Below the pieces are notes generated by a model that had not been told where the DNA came from, did no database searches, and saw only the letters and a list, made by a program, of their open reading frames with translations. The translations under genes and the position numbers were made by a program. A DNA stretch of 60,468 nucleotides, the filler included, from Chiloscyllium plagiosum (Eukaryota): the NCBI RefSeq assembly GCF_004010195.1. It is 5 parts of 5 records of this genome, joined end to end, with 100 filler letters (N's around TTAATTAATTAA, not from the genome) between each part and the next. Parts side by side here need not be neighbours in the genome. Positions count along the whole stretch, not along the records: positions 1 to 25,655 come from NC_057720.1; 4 more parts are not named here. The stretch is one strand, 5' to 3'. Each line of letters opens with the position of its first letter. The stretch's first letter is position 1. This document shows, one piece after another, positions 12,682 through 25,755 of the stretch.

Positions 12682-13030
12682 GGGCAACATGATGGCTCAG
12701 TGGTTAGCACTGCTGCCTCACAGCGCCAGGGTCCCAAATTCAATTCCACCCTCGGATGACTGCCTGTGTGGAGTTTGTACATTCTCCCTGTGTCTGCGTT
12801 GGTTTCCTTCGGACGCTCTGGTTTCCTACCGCAGTCCAAAAGATTGTGCAATTTAGCACAGCCATAGTGTTCAGGGATGTGGAGGTTAGGGTGCATATAA
12901 GTATACACTTATACATATAAGTGTAAATATAAGTTAGGGGGAATGGTCTGAGTGGGCTACTTACTGTTCGGAGGGTCAGTGTGGAATTGTTGGGCCAAAT
13001 GGCCTGTTTCCATACTGTAGGAACTCTATT
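12682..13030 (+). mobile_element. HE1-type SINE (duplicate at ~16891-17235)
   Basis: tggctcagtggttagcactgctgcctcacagcgccaggg head, V-domain core, ggcctgtttccatactgtagg tail. Confidence 0.85.
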
Positions 13031-13265
13031 CTTAAAACCATAGGAGTATTTGCTGCAAACGCAGAGAATGTATTTTACATCAATGTGTTCAGACATATGC
13101 AGAGTTCACAAATTTGCAGAAGACATGAACTAGAGGATAACAGAGCACTTTGTTTGTTCAAACACTGAAAATAGAGTAATATTTATTTTAATTAATATAC
13201 TTGACCGATTATTGCAATGTAGCTATCGGAAGGAATCTGCTCACATTGGTTAAGTGTGACAATCA

Positions 13266-13537
13266 TTTAGATTAGATTTCCTGCAGTATGTATCGGGCCA
13301 TTTGGCCCAGCAAGTCCACACCGATCCTCTGAAGAGTAACTTACTCAGACCCATTAGGTGACTGATGCACCTAGCATTATGGACAATATAACATGACCAC
13401 TTCACCTGACGTGCACATCTTTAGATTGTGGGAGGAAACCCACACAGACACAGGGGAGAATGTGAAAACTCCACACAAACAGTCGCCCGAGGCTGGAACC
13501 AAGCCCGGGTACCTGGATCTGTGAGACAGCAGTGCTC
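13266..13537 (-). mobile_element. HE1-type SINE (duplicate at ~17474-17745)
   Basis: ttagattagatt tail, gtgggaggaaacccacacagacacaggggagaatgtg core, degenerate tRNA-like head. Confidence 0.8.
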
Positions 13538-13956
13538 TCCACGAAACTGCCTACATTTACTTAGACATCCGTTAAAGCGGGCAGCTCCAGATGGAAGCAT
13601 GTTTTTAATTCATACCTTTTTTTTAATACATTAAAAGCAGCTAACAAGAAAATGAACTTGCACTAATTTCTTCAATAGAAATGCATTTCCACACTGAATG
13701 TTGTTTTAGCTTTATGCAGTGCATGCAATATCTCCACAGTTCAAGAAATGTTTTAAGAATATGTAAAAAATAATTTAGAGAATAATCCATTTCCTCCGGG
13801 GCTGTGCTTGAATTGGCGATATATCCCACCTCAATAATTTTGTTAATTACAATGACTTATTAAGTTTAAACTCATTGGTTATCAATGTTCATTGTGAACA
13901 CATTCTTGTTCACATTAATCCTCTGGTTAGTTCCTCTGATGAATGTTCAATTACAG

Positions 13957-14252
13957 TAAATACTTGATGTGAGGAATTGAGCAGATGTATTTGTTCGGAT
14001 CAAGGCTGTTGTACAGTTTGTTTCAGTGCTATCTCTGACTAACTTGACAACTTGTGCTGACCATTTGTAAATTGTCCAGTTCGGATACCTGTATCTCAGA
14101 CAGTTAAATACTTGATGTGAGGAATTGAGCAGATGTATTTGCTAGGATCAAGGCTGTTGTACAGTTTGTTTCAGTGCTATCTCCGGCTAACTTGACAACT
14201 TGTGCTGACCATTTGTAAATTGTCCAGTTCGGATACCTGTATCTCAGACAGT
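13957..14252 (+). repeat. 148-bp tandem duplication present only in the first 4-kb unit
   Basis: taaatacttgatgtgaggaattgagcagatg at 13957 and 14105; single copy in unit 2 (~18166). Confidence 0.9.
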
Positions 14253-16890
14253 TCAATTTTATCTTGCACTTCAAAACCACTTTTATCAGAAATGCAATAT
14301 TCGATTAGGTGCTTCAGAATTGAGAGCCCTGACTAAGTTGTAGCAATCAGAACGAACGTTTCAGGAACAAAAGGCAGATTATAAGAGTTTTGAAATTGGT
14401 TGTTGGCAACAAGGGATATTGATTGAGCGAGGCAGAGGGAGATGTGCTACATATTTTCTTTGTGCCTCAGTTATCCGGGACATGTTTAGTGGCACAATGC
14501 AGAAGCAGAAATTATTTTGCATCCTATTATTTAAAAACCTATCATCAGCTTTTAATGTCACTGGCAACGGTCATAATACACTTCAAAACATTTAAATCTA
14601 TTTCAGACTAAGATCATCTGGTGCAGTAACATTCACAGGGCTAAGAGGAAGGGAGATCTAGGTTGAAATCCAGTGACAGTGAATAGATGGCAATGCAATT
14701 CCTAGTTTTATTCTTCTGCAGTTCCCATAGAATTTGAACAAATCTGAGCTGCTGTCAAAGTATTATTGGATAAATGTTGAAATGTTACTTTTATTGTACA
14801 AACATTCTGGAACAGTCTCTGGTTGTTGGAAGGTGTTAATAACTAACATGGTTTGTGCACTGTCAAACAGGTGGGCTGTGTTCTCCGCGATAGTGTCGAG
14901 CTCATTGTGTTCAGGTCTGTTGTGGTTTGTAATAGGGTCCCTGATTCTGTGGCAGGTGGCCTGTGTTCACTTACAACCTGTAAGAGAGGTATGTAACACC
15001 ATCTCTTATCAGGTTACTTCAGTGCAAGAAAGCAGATTGACATGTTTGGGTGCTTGTTGGAATTCCACTCACAGAGGCCAGTGAAATCTACTCAATTCGC
15101 TGTCCTGACTTGTGTCTCTTAGATATTAAATAGAATTTTGGCGGTTAGCAGCTTTTTCCAGATCAAAATTTGTTCACAAGCTTTTGGGTATCGCTAGATG
15201 GGGTTAATGGAGTAAGTGCTCAAAGAAATCCCAGCTTTTTACTTCCTGTTCTAACAATATCATTTATAACTAAACCAGAATGAATCATTTTCGAAGCATA
15301 TTTGATGAGATTATGCTTAGGCTGTTTTACTTTATATTAAACCAGTGCTGTAGCTGAATTTGATTGTTTAGTACGGTGGGGGTTCCGCTGAATCCAACAC
15401 TTGCAGCAGATGGTGATAGCTTTTCAATTGGTCTTCAATTGCTATCTCAGACCATCCAGTACCTCTGCTAAGAATCCTTTTTCCAACAGGAGTCAAGCCA
15501 ACATAATCGCTGTCTAACTCAGCAGGTGTGACCTCTGGTGCCAAACACATGAAAACAATTTGCTGAAGTTCTAATGTAAACTAAATGAATTTTGTTTTGA
15601 GTAGCCTCATTCAAAATAAAATTTGGGACTAAAATCTGAAACTGCAGAATTGATCAGATTACGTAATTGAAACTAACTTAAAATTATAATGTGGTAATAT
15701 TTGTCCATTCAAATAGTTTTGTTTGACCTTGAAGTGATTAATCAATATATTCCTTCAACCGCTCTACTGTAGACTGCACAAGATTGTCCTGATCAGGAAG
15801 GGTGTACAGGTTGGAAATAAATTGAACTGTTGCTGGAAACGTTACAGCTTTAAGTGTTAAGTCCCCTCACAGACAGGCTACTGTTTTGACTTGTTATTTC
15901 TTGTTATGACTGTTCAAGTTAATCATTAGTTTGCTTGATTCTGAGTAGTTTTGTTAGATTTCAATTTCTGTTTTTTTGTGAGGTTACACCATGTTCTTGG
16001 TTGTGTTGGAAATGTTTGCAGAGCGAGTTCTGCTGCAAACACACCGTGTTGTGATTTGGTGATCTTTGCTCTGTTGAGGAGGGAGTGTGCTTGGGTAATA
16101 TTAAATTAGTTATATTTGGGAAACAGTTTCTGGTTTCTACATTGTTTTTGCACTGTTTATATGGTTGGTGACAGTGAACTGCTCCAGGGTTCCTCATTCA
16201 ATGCAATCAGCATGCCCGTTGAAATTTCATAAAGCCTAATATTAAGTGAAAGCTAAATCGCAAAGGTTTTGGAAATGAAGGGAAAACATATACCTTCGGG
16301 CGCCATTTTTACTTAGAAGTAGTAATTAAGGCTTAATCTAATCCATGCTTTACAATCCAAATTGAGAACTAAACTGTCTAGTTCATTTACAAGGTCTGTC
16401 TTTAAACAGATTACAAGCCATAGAGAAATATAAATAGAATATCAAAAGTCTAATGTTCTAATAGTTCTTGCTCTTGAGCAAAAATGCCATGACTGTGTCA
16501 TAATTGATCAAGAAACACCTTTCAATTCTGCTATACACTACATACAATTTTTCAGGCTGGAAAAGATCATTGGCAAAGACCATTTGGAAATTCTGCTCAA
16601 TTCTATGAAGGACAGATCAGTTTCACTGCTGTGAATTGTTTCACAAGAGTTAATTAATTGTTATGTCCCTGATTAAACTGGATTTGCAGGATAAAAATAA
16701 AACATTAACTGAATTATTTAATCTGCACAGTGCTTTAGGTATTCCCAATCAGTGCGTTTAAATAAATAGTTACATTTTACAACAAATTATCAACTGAAGA
16801 GTCATTCTTTTGGAAACAACTGCTATTGTGAATTATGTGGCCAAGACCAAATTTCGAATTAATTAAAATAATCCACTCATGAATTCGCAG

Positions 16891-17745
16891 GGCAACATGA
16901 TAGCTCAGTGGTTAGCACTGCTGCCTCACAGCGCCAGGGTCCCAAATTCAATTCCACCCTCAGATGACTGCCTGTGTGGAGTTTGTACATTCTCCCTGTG
17001 TCTGCGTTGGTTTCCTTCGGGCGGTCTGGTTTCCTACCGCAGTCCAAAAGATTGTGCAATTTAGCACAGCCATAGTGTTCAGGGATGTGGAGGTTAGGGT
17101 GCATCTAAGTATACACTCATACATATAAGTGTAAATATAAGTTAAGGGGAATGGTCTGAGTGGGCTACTTACTGTTCGGAGGGTCAGTATGGAATTGTTG
17201 GGCCAAATGGCCTGTTTCCATACTGTAGGAAATCTTCTCTTAAAACCATGGGAGTAGTTGCTGCAAACGCAGAGAATGTATTTTACGTCAATGTGTTCAG
17301 ACATATGCAGAGTTCACAAATTTGCAGAAGACATGAACTAGAGGATAACAGAGCACATTGTTTGTTCAAACACTGAAAATAGAGTAATATTTATTTTAAT
17401 TAATATACTTGACCGATTATTGCAATGTAGCTATCGGAAGGAATCTGCTCACATTAGTTAAGTGTGACATTCATTTAGATTAGATTTCCTGCAGTATGTA
17501 TCGGGCCATTTGGCCCAGCAAGTCCACACCAATCCTCTGAAGAGTAACCTACTCAGACCCATTAGGTGACTGATGCACCTAACATTATGGACAATATAAC
17601 ATGACCACTTCACCTGACGTGCACATCTTTAGATTGTGGGATGAAACCCACACAGACACAGGGGAGAATGTGAAAACTCCACACAAACAGTCGCCCGAGG
17701 CTGGAACCGAGCCCGGGTACCTGGATCTGTGAGACAGCAGTGCCC
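16891..17745. mobile_element. Duplicated pair of oppositely oriented HE1 SINEs in the second 4-kb unit
   Basis: Near-identical to 12682-13537. Confidence 0.85.
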
Positions 17746-20700
17746 TCCACGAAACTGCCCACATTTACTTAGACATCCGTTAAAGCGGGCAGCTCCAGAC
17801 GGAAGCATGTTTTTAATTCATACCTTTTTTTAAATACATTAAAAGCAGCTAACAAGAAAATGAACTTGCACTAATTTCTTCAATAGAAATGCATTTCCAC
17901 ACTGAATGCTGTTTTAGCTTTATGCAATGCATGCAAAATCTCCACAGTTCAAGAAATGTTTTAAGAATATGTAAAAAAATAATTTAGAGAATACTCCATT
18001 TCCTCCGGGGCTGTGCTTTCATTGGCGATATATCCCACCTCAATAATTTTGTTAATTACAATGACTTATTAAGTTTAAATTCATTGGTTATCAATGTTCA
18101 TTGTGAACACATTCTTGTTCACATTAATCCTCTGGTTAGTTCCTCTGATGAATGTTCAATTACAGTAAATACTTGATGTGAGGAATTGAGCAGATGTATT
18201 TGCTAGGATCAAGGCTGTTGTACAGTTTGTTTCAGTGCTATCTCTGACTAACTTGACAGCTTGTGCTGACCATTTGTAAATTGTCCAGTTCGGATACCTG
18301 TATCTCAGACAGTTCAATTTTATCTTGCACTTCAAAACCACTTTTATCAGAAATGCAATATTCGATTACATGCTTCAGAATTGAGAGCCCTGACTAAGTT
18401 GTAGCAATCAGAAAGAACGTTTCAGGAACAAAAGGCAGATTATAAGAGTTTTGAAATTGGTTGTTGGCAACAAGGGATATTGATTGAGCGAGGCAGAGGG
18501 AGATGTGCTACATATTTTCTTTGTGCCTCAGTTATCCGGGACATGTTTAGTGGCACAATGTAGAAGCAGAAATTATTTTGCATCCTATTATTTGAAAACC
18601 TATCATCAGCTTTTAATGTCACTGGCAACGGTCATAATACACTTCAAAACATTTAAATCTATTTCAGAGTAAGATCATCTGGTGCAGCAACATTCACAGG
18701 GCTAAGAGGAAGGGAGATCTAGGTTGACATCCAGTGACAGTGAATAGATGGCAATGCAATTCATAGTTTTATTCCTTTGCAGTTTCCATAGAATTTTAAC
18801 AAATCTGAGCTGCTGCCAAAGTATTATTGGATAATTTTTGAAATGTTACTTTTATTGTACAAACATTCTGGAACAGTCTCTGGTTGTTGAAAGGTGTTAA
18901 TAGCTAACATGGTTTATGCACTGTCAAACAGGTGGGCTGTGTTCTCCGTGATAGTGTCGAGCTCATTGTGTTCAGGTCTGTTGTGATTTGTAGTAGGGTC
19001 CCTGATTCTGTGCCAGGTGGCCTGTGTTCACTTACAACCTGTTAGAGAGGTATGTAACACCATCTCTTATCAGTTTACTTCAGTGCAAGAAAGCAGATTG
19101 ACATGTTTGGGTGCTTGTTGTAATTCCACTCACAGAGGCCAGTGAAATCTACTCAATTCGCTGTCCTGACTTGTGTCTCTTAGATATTAAACAGAATTTT
19201 GGCGGTTAGCAGCTTTTTCCAGATCTAAATTTGTTCACAAGCTTTTGGGTATCGCTAGATGGGGTTAATGGAGTAAGTGCTCAAAGAAATCCCAGCTTTT
19301 TACTTACTGTTCTAACAATATCATTTATAACTAAACCAGAATGAATCAGTTTCGAAGCATATTTGATGAGATTATGCTTAGACTGTTTTACTTTATATTA
19401 AACCAGGGCTGTAGCTGAATTTGACTGTTCAGTACGGTGGGGGTTCCACTGAATCCAACACTTGCAGCAGATGGTGATAGCTTTTCAATTGGTCTTCAAT
19501 TGCTATCTCAGACCATCCAGTACCTCTGCTAAGAAACCTTTTTCCAACAGGAGTCAAGCCAACATAATCGCTTTCTAACTCAGCACCTCTTGTGCCAAAC
19601 GCATGAAAACAATTTGCTGAAGAGGGGGGTCTCTGGAAGTGAAAGGTTAACCTTGCTTTCTCTCCACAGGAGCTGCCAGACCTGCTGAGTTTCTTCAGCA
19701 ATTTCTGTCTCTATGTTGGTTTTCTAGCATTTAAAGTTTGTTGTTTCATTGAAAAAAGTTCTGTTCGATGAAAGACGTTCTTCAGAGAGAAGATGCATTT
19801 GAACAAATTGCGAATGTTCAGAGATATTAAATATCAGAGAATCATTGAATTTGAGCGCCCTGATCTCGAGCTGTAGTTTCACAAGAAACTATCATGAAGT
19901 AACAACACACTCCAGAGCGCAGGGGCTGTTGTAATTGGGTGAAAGTTATTTTGATCACTCAAATAGAGAATATCAATGATCCCGTTCCAAATAATCAAAG
20001 AAGGGTTTTTTTTAAAGCATGTGTGAAACAATTAATTTGTTGAAATATTTTAATAAAAAGTGTTCACCGCCAGTGCTAGCTTAATGAATGACACAATGAT
20101 AGGAAGGTAGGAGCAAGAGGAGCGCACTCAGCCCCTTGAGCTATTCCACCACTTACTTAGATCATGGTGCATCTGTGAGCCAAATCCAGAGATCTCCCTT
20201 TGGCTAAAACTCTTTAATGCCTTTGATTAACAAGTAAAATCTATCCCAGATTTAATGATTCGACTGCCCATAACAAAGGGAGACACCATTTCTGAAAGAC
20301 ATTTCTGTGAGTATTTAAAGTGACACAATGAGGCTGGAATTAATTGCTCATGAAAGTAAGCTTTAAATCTCTGACAATTTCCAATTGAAGCATCCCAATC
20401 ATCATATTCCATTAGTTTAGCACTATACTTCCCTGGAATAAAGAAATATAATGTGTGATGGCTTTGCTAAAAATGAGGGAAGCTTCATTCCCATTATATG
20501 ATTAAGAAATAGCTCTGTTCATTCAGTGAAAACACAGTCAAATCACCCAGAAGGAAACCATGTCATCTTGTGTAGACACACAAGTACCTCAAATAATTTT
20601 CAATTCTTCCAGTGGTTGTTTGCATCTCTAGACAGGTGTGGAAGTGTCAGACGTTTTATTTCGCCTTGAGAAACCAGTTGTCATCAGCGTATTTGAATTG

Positions 20701-21049
20701 CTGAAGTTTGTGTGGTATTAGCACATTCACAGCACTGTTAGAAAGTGAGTCCCATGGCTGTGATTGAGGAAGAGGAAAGGGGCGGGGAAATAGTTGAGAG
20801 TCAAGTTGAAGTCTAATTTGGAGGAAAGCTCTCAGGTGAAACATTTACATGCATGTGGGCCCTTATCCTCAAAGATCACAGTTTTGGAACATGCTGCCGA
20901 AGGGACATGTCAGCATACAGAATGGAAGCTGAAGAAGGCACCTCGGCCCCTCTAGAAGGCTATTCCATTCATGGGATCGTCAGAAATCTTGCTGCTCACC
21001 AGTCTTCCCAACACACCGATAACATTGAACCTGATTGTTTACTGTTCAA

Positions 21050-21661
21050 CAAAAGAATGGTGAACCTTTGGAATTCTCCGCCACAGAAATTGATTGAGGT
21101 CAAAACATTAAATGATTTCAAGAAGGAGATAGATTCCTTCAATCCTTAAAAGAAAATGCTACGGATGTGTGGGAGGAAGGCAGGCAGGGTATAATATTGG
21201 CTGAAAGCCATGAAAACATTGAATGGGGCATGGTTTGTAAGTTTGTACGGAACGCCAACGTTGATAGTATAATTGGCAGTGAAAGTTATCTAAACGTACA
21301 ATGAGATCTTGATCAGCTGGGCCAATGGGCTGAGGAGTGGCAGATTGCGTTTAATTTAAATGAATACGAAATGTTGCTTTTTGAGAAGATAAATCAGGTC
21401 ACAACTTCAGAGTTAATGGTAGGGCACTGGGTAGTGATGTTGAACACAGGGCCCTGAGGTTCAGACTCATAGATTCTTGAAAGCGTTGTCTCAAGTAGCT
21501 CGTGTGTTTAAGGTGTTTGGCAAATGTACCTTCATTGGTCAGAGCACTGAGTGCAGGAGTTGGGGCTTCATGTTGTAACTGTCCAAAACATTGGAATGAA
21601 CTGCCAGAGGAAGTGGTAAATGCAGAGATAGGTCCAACATTTGGAAGCCATTTGAACAGCT
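21050..21661 (+). mobile_element. Patchwork of degenerate CR1 fragments
   Basis: RMVNLWNSPPQKLIEVKTLNDFKKEID and WNELPEEVV motifs. Confidence 0.65.
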
Positions 21662-22242
21662 NNNNNNNNNNNNNNNNNNNNNNNNNTCACTGACTTTATG
21701 GTGGAGTAGGCTCAAAGTTTGAAGGTGGTGAGCAAGTGAGGGGCTAGATTGGGCATGTGGGAGAGTTTGGGCTGGTAGCCTGTGAGGTGTTGGCTGGCTG
21801 CTGGGTAAGCCTGCATGCACTCTGTCTGGCAAGGTGGCATCAAGGTAAATTGTAATGATCACAGGTTTATTTGGTCAAATTGTGCTTGGTCGGTTAGGGG
21901 TAGTTTGAGCTGAAAGGCAGGAGGCCTGTCTTTGCCAGGCTGGTTAGTGTAGAGGTGGGCAGGATGCCAGGTTGTTGCGGGGGTGGAAGGTCACTGTAAT
22001 GAAGTGACAGGTGGACGTGATGTCAAAATGCAAAGCTCGGAGTCTGGAAAATGGCAGGTGGTAAAGCACAGATGCGAAGGGAGCACAATGTGCACAGGTT
22101 GACTTGGGTAACATGTGAGGTCAGAGGTTGTGCAAATTACGGTACCAGGTCCCAGTCAGGACCAGATTCATCATGGACCAGGTGCAGGGTGGCAGGAGTG
22201 GAAATGAGTGAAAAGAATTGAGATTATATGTCTATCTGGAAT

Positions 22243-22912
22243 ATAGAACATAGAACATTACAGTGTTCAAACTTTGATGTTGCACCGACCTGTGGAACCA
22301 ATCTGAAGCCTGTCTATCCTGCACTATTCCATTTTCATCCATATGTTTATCCAATGACCTTTTAAATGCCCTTAAAGTTGGCGAGTGTCCAATTTTTGCA
22401 GGCAGTGCATTCCTGAGTAAAGAAACAACCTGTGACACCTGTCCTCTATCTATCTATCAGCCCTCAATGTAAAGCTATGTCTCCTCCTGCTAGCCATCAC
22501 CATCCAAGGAAAAAGACTTTCACTGTCCACCCTCTGTTTATCTTTTATGTCTCAATTAAGTCACCTCTGAACCTTCTTCTCTGATAAAAACAGCCTCAAG
22601 ACCCTCGTCCTTTCCTCCTAAAACCTTCCCGCCATACCAAGCAACATCCTGGTAAACCTCCTGCGAACTCTTCCAAAGCTTCCACATTCTCCCGAGAATG
22701 AGGTGACTAGAAAAGTACACAATACTCCAAGTACGGCCACACCAGAGTTTTTTACAGCTGCAGCCCAACCTCATGGTTCTGAAACTCAGTCCCTCTATCG
22801 ATGAAAGCCAACACAAAGTATGCCTTGTTAACAACCCTATCAAATTGGCTGGCAACATTTAGGGATCTATGTACATAGACACTGAGATCTCTCTGCTCAG
22901 CTACACTACCAA
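22243..22912 (-). mobile_element. CR1-type LINE 3' fragment
   Basis: tagaacatagaacat tail; LRAFKRSLDKHMD and LNVASQFDRVVNKAYFVLAFI motifs on the minus strand. Confidence 0.8.
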
Positions 22913-23463
22913 TATGGATTGCCTTGGATGTGTTTCTTGTGATATGGGTTGTGTGTTCCGGGCATGAATGGGTATGTAACAGGGTAGGGTTTGTCAGAGT
23001 GAATGGAAATTTAGGTCTAGACAGAGAGTAAGTGCAGTGGTTAGTCTGAGAGACGTGGTTTGGTGGTGAACTGCGTATCAGTTTGATAGTTATTAAAGTT
23101 AAAGAGTACTTGTTCATTTCTCAAATCATATTTACGTAAACACTCAGGTGTAACACTCCAAAGTCTCTGAACCTTAATGGTCCTCCACTTTTCAGAGGCC
23201 TCGAAATTCAGATAATTGTAAATTAGAAGTTTCAACTTTCAGACAATTGGCATGAGGTCAGCCGTGACAGCCATCCTCCTAGTCCCAGTGCTCAGCTCCT
23301 GCCTGTACTGCTGCTGCAGTGACCTTCCTCCCAGAGAGAACAGTCTGCCTTGCATTGATAAGTGAGGAAGGCTCACTGGACCTGATTCACTCTGATTTCT
23401 CTCCGTTGGGTATTTCCAGCAATATCTGTTTTATTTTTGATGTCCAGCAGTACTGTGCCTAGT

Positions 23464-23782
23464 GGGGCAGCACGCTGATTCCGTGGTTAGCATTGCTGCC
23501 TCACAGTGCTAGGGACTCGGGTTCGATTCCAACTTCGGGTGACTGTCTGTGTGGAATTTGCACTTTCTCCCCGTGTCTGTATGGGTTTCCTCCCACAGTC
23601 CAAAGATGTGCAGACTGGGTGAATTGGCCATGTTGTGTTCAGGAATTGGGAGGTTAGGTGCATTAGTTAGGGTTAAATGTAGAGTAATAAGGTAGGGGAA
23701 TGGGTCTGGTTGAGTTACTTTTCAGAGGGTGGGTGTGGACTTGGGCCAAATGGCCTGTTTGCACACACTGTAGAATTTCTAT
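23464..23782 (+). mobile_element. HE1-type SINE
   Basis: gtggttagcattgctgcctcacag head, B box GGTTCGATTCC, V-domain core. Confidence 0.85.
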
Positions 23783-24082
23783 GAATCTGCATATCATTGG
23801 TTTGTATTTACTGAAATCTCTCTGCTCTTCACTTGCAATCCACTGAAAGTGTCAGTTGGTGAGATCTTCAAACAGATACTGGTGTGGGATCAGGATGTTC
23901 TTCTTCCTTAATTATGGTAATGGTCAAGGTAGAGGGCCAGCAATTGGTAGGAAACAAAAATAAACTCCAGTTATGCTGTAAACTTCAGCGGGTGCATACT
24001 GGCAAACGTTTACAGATGAGGATACATTTGATAAGGTCAAATTAACAGAAACTAACATGCTCAATTGGTCATTCTATTGTAG

Positions 24083-24388
24083 AGACACCGTCTCCCCCCA
24101 CACTTTATGGCCTGGTCTCCTCCTGTCAGGAGCACAACACCGGTTCTCTGATCTTTGGTTGTTTGGCGATGGACTATTCCCCTGACGTCACCAAGGTAAC
24201 CTGGAAGAAAGGTGAGGAGCTGATCACGACTGGATTGAAGACTTACCCATCAGTGAGAAACAAGAAGGGAACCTACACCCTGAGCAGCCAGTTAACCCTG
24301 CCTGGGTCAGCGGTAGATTTCCCCAGTGAAATCTACTGTGAGGTTCAACACAGCGGGTCACACAAGAGCAAAGAAATGCCATGTGTTG
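24083..24388 (+). CDS. IGHM: IgM heavy-chain constant domain 1 (Cmu1) exon, open reading frame
   Basis: (E)[42 protein letters not shown]...[18 protein letters not shown]...YCEVQHSG resembles shark Cmu1; AG acceptor at 24081-82, phase-1 GTAAGT donor at 24389; downstream CH exons not in this piece. Confidence 0.9.
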
Positions 24389-24469
24389 GTAAGTGTTGTG
24401 GGAACTGAGATAAACAGAGCATCTGTGGATTTACATGAATAAGGCATTATTTATAACAGTTTTCACAGA

Positions 24470-25655
24470 ATCAGCACAGGAAAAAGGCCCTTTGGTCCAT
24501 CCAGTCCACACCTATCAATAATAGCCACCTATTCCAATCTCATTGTGCCAGCACTTGATCCATTGCCTTCTGTGACTTGCCTTTGCAAGTATGCGTCTAA
24601 ATACTTCATACATATTATGAGGGGCTTAGTCTCTACATGACTTATAGGCACTGAGCTCCAGACTCACATCACCTTCTGTTTGATTTTGTTTCCCCCGAGA
24701 TCCACTGTAAACCTCCTGGCCTTACCTTAATCCTGTGCTCCTGAGGCATTGATCTCTCCATCAAGGGGAAAGGTTTCGTCCAGTTTACCCTGAATATGCC
24801 TAAAATAATTCCAGATATCATGATAATCTTCTCCCTAATTCTCCTTTGTTCCAAGGAAAACCCCCCGTCTATCTAATCTAGTTTCATAACTAAACCAATC
24901 CAGGCAAAATCCTGGCAAATCTCATCAATGCTGCCTTCAGTGTAATCACATTCATAGAGTCATAGAGATGTACAGCATGGAAACAGACCCTTCAGCCCAA
25001 GCCGTCCATGCCAACGGAATATCCCAACACAATCTAGTCTCACCTGCCAGCACCCGGCCCATATCCCTCCAAACCCTTCCTATTCATATACCCATCCAAA
25101 TGCCTCTTAAATGTTGCAATTGTACCAGCCTCCATCAATTCCTCTGGCAGCTCATTCCATACGCGTACCACCCTCTGTGTGAAAAAGCTGCCCCATAGGT
25201 CTCTGTTCTATCTTTCCCCTCTTACCTTATACCTATGCCCTCTAGTTCTGGACTCCACCACCCCAGGGAAAAGACTTTGCCTATTTACTCTATCCATGCC
25301 CCTTATAATTTTGTAAACCTCTATAAGGTCACCCCTCAGTCTCCAACGCTCCAGTGAAAACAGCCCCGCCTGTTCAGCCTCTCCCTGTAGCTCAAATCCT
25401 CCAACCCTGCCAACATCCTTGTCAATCTTTTCTGAACCCTTTCAAGTTTCACTACATCTTTCCTATAGGAAGGAGACCAGAATTGCACGCAATATTCCAA
25501 CATTGGCCTAACCAATGTCCTGTACAGCCGCAACATGACCTCCCAACTCCTGTACTCAATACTCTGACCAGTAAAGGAAAGCATACCAAACGCCGCCTTC
25601 ACTATCCAATCTACCTGCGATTCCACTTTCAAGGAGCTATGAACCTGCACTCCAA
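24470..25655 (-). mobile_element. Older CR1 3' fragment (24470-24950) followed by a younger HER1/CR1 copy (24953-25655)
   Basis: ORF 25336-25650 LYRTLVRPMLEYCVQFWSPSYRKDVVKLERVQKR; catagagtcatagag tail; near-identical to 1-700. Confidence 0.9.
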
Positions 25656-25755
25656 NNNNNNNNNNNNNNNNNNNNNNNNNNNNNNNNNNNNNNNNNNNNT
25701 TAATTAATTAANNNNNNNNNNNNNNNNNNNNNNNNNNNNNNNNNNNNNNNNNNNN
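25656..25755. other. Artificial assembly spacer (44N-TTAATTAATTAA-44N)
   Basis: Identical 100-bp structure also at 31734-31833, 53250-53349 and 58287-58386; TTAATTAATTAA gives stops in all six frames. Confidence 0.95.

Larger units (their letters stand above)
11572..19622 (+). repeat. ~4-kb tandem segmental duplication in the JH-Cmu1 intron (units ~11572-15566 and ~15567-19622)
   Basis: agttctaatgtaaactaaatgaattttg begins both units and gaaaacaatttgctgaag ends both; the ORF track shows paired near-identical ORFs (e.g. 14379/18440, 12671/16879). Confidence 0.95.

Noticed and set aside
23252-23365. Signal-peptide-like mini-ORF MRSAVTAILLVPVLSSCLYCCC upstream of Cmu1
   Set aside because: Only 37 codons; the one plausible donor (AA|GTGAGG) is phase 2 and does not fit the phase-1 Cmu1 exon; its end runs into a repeat remnant
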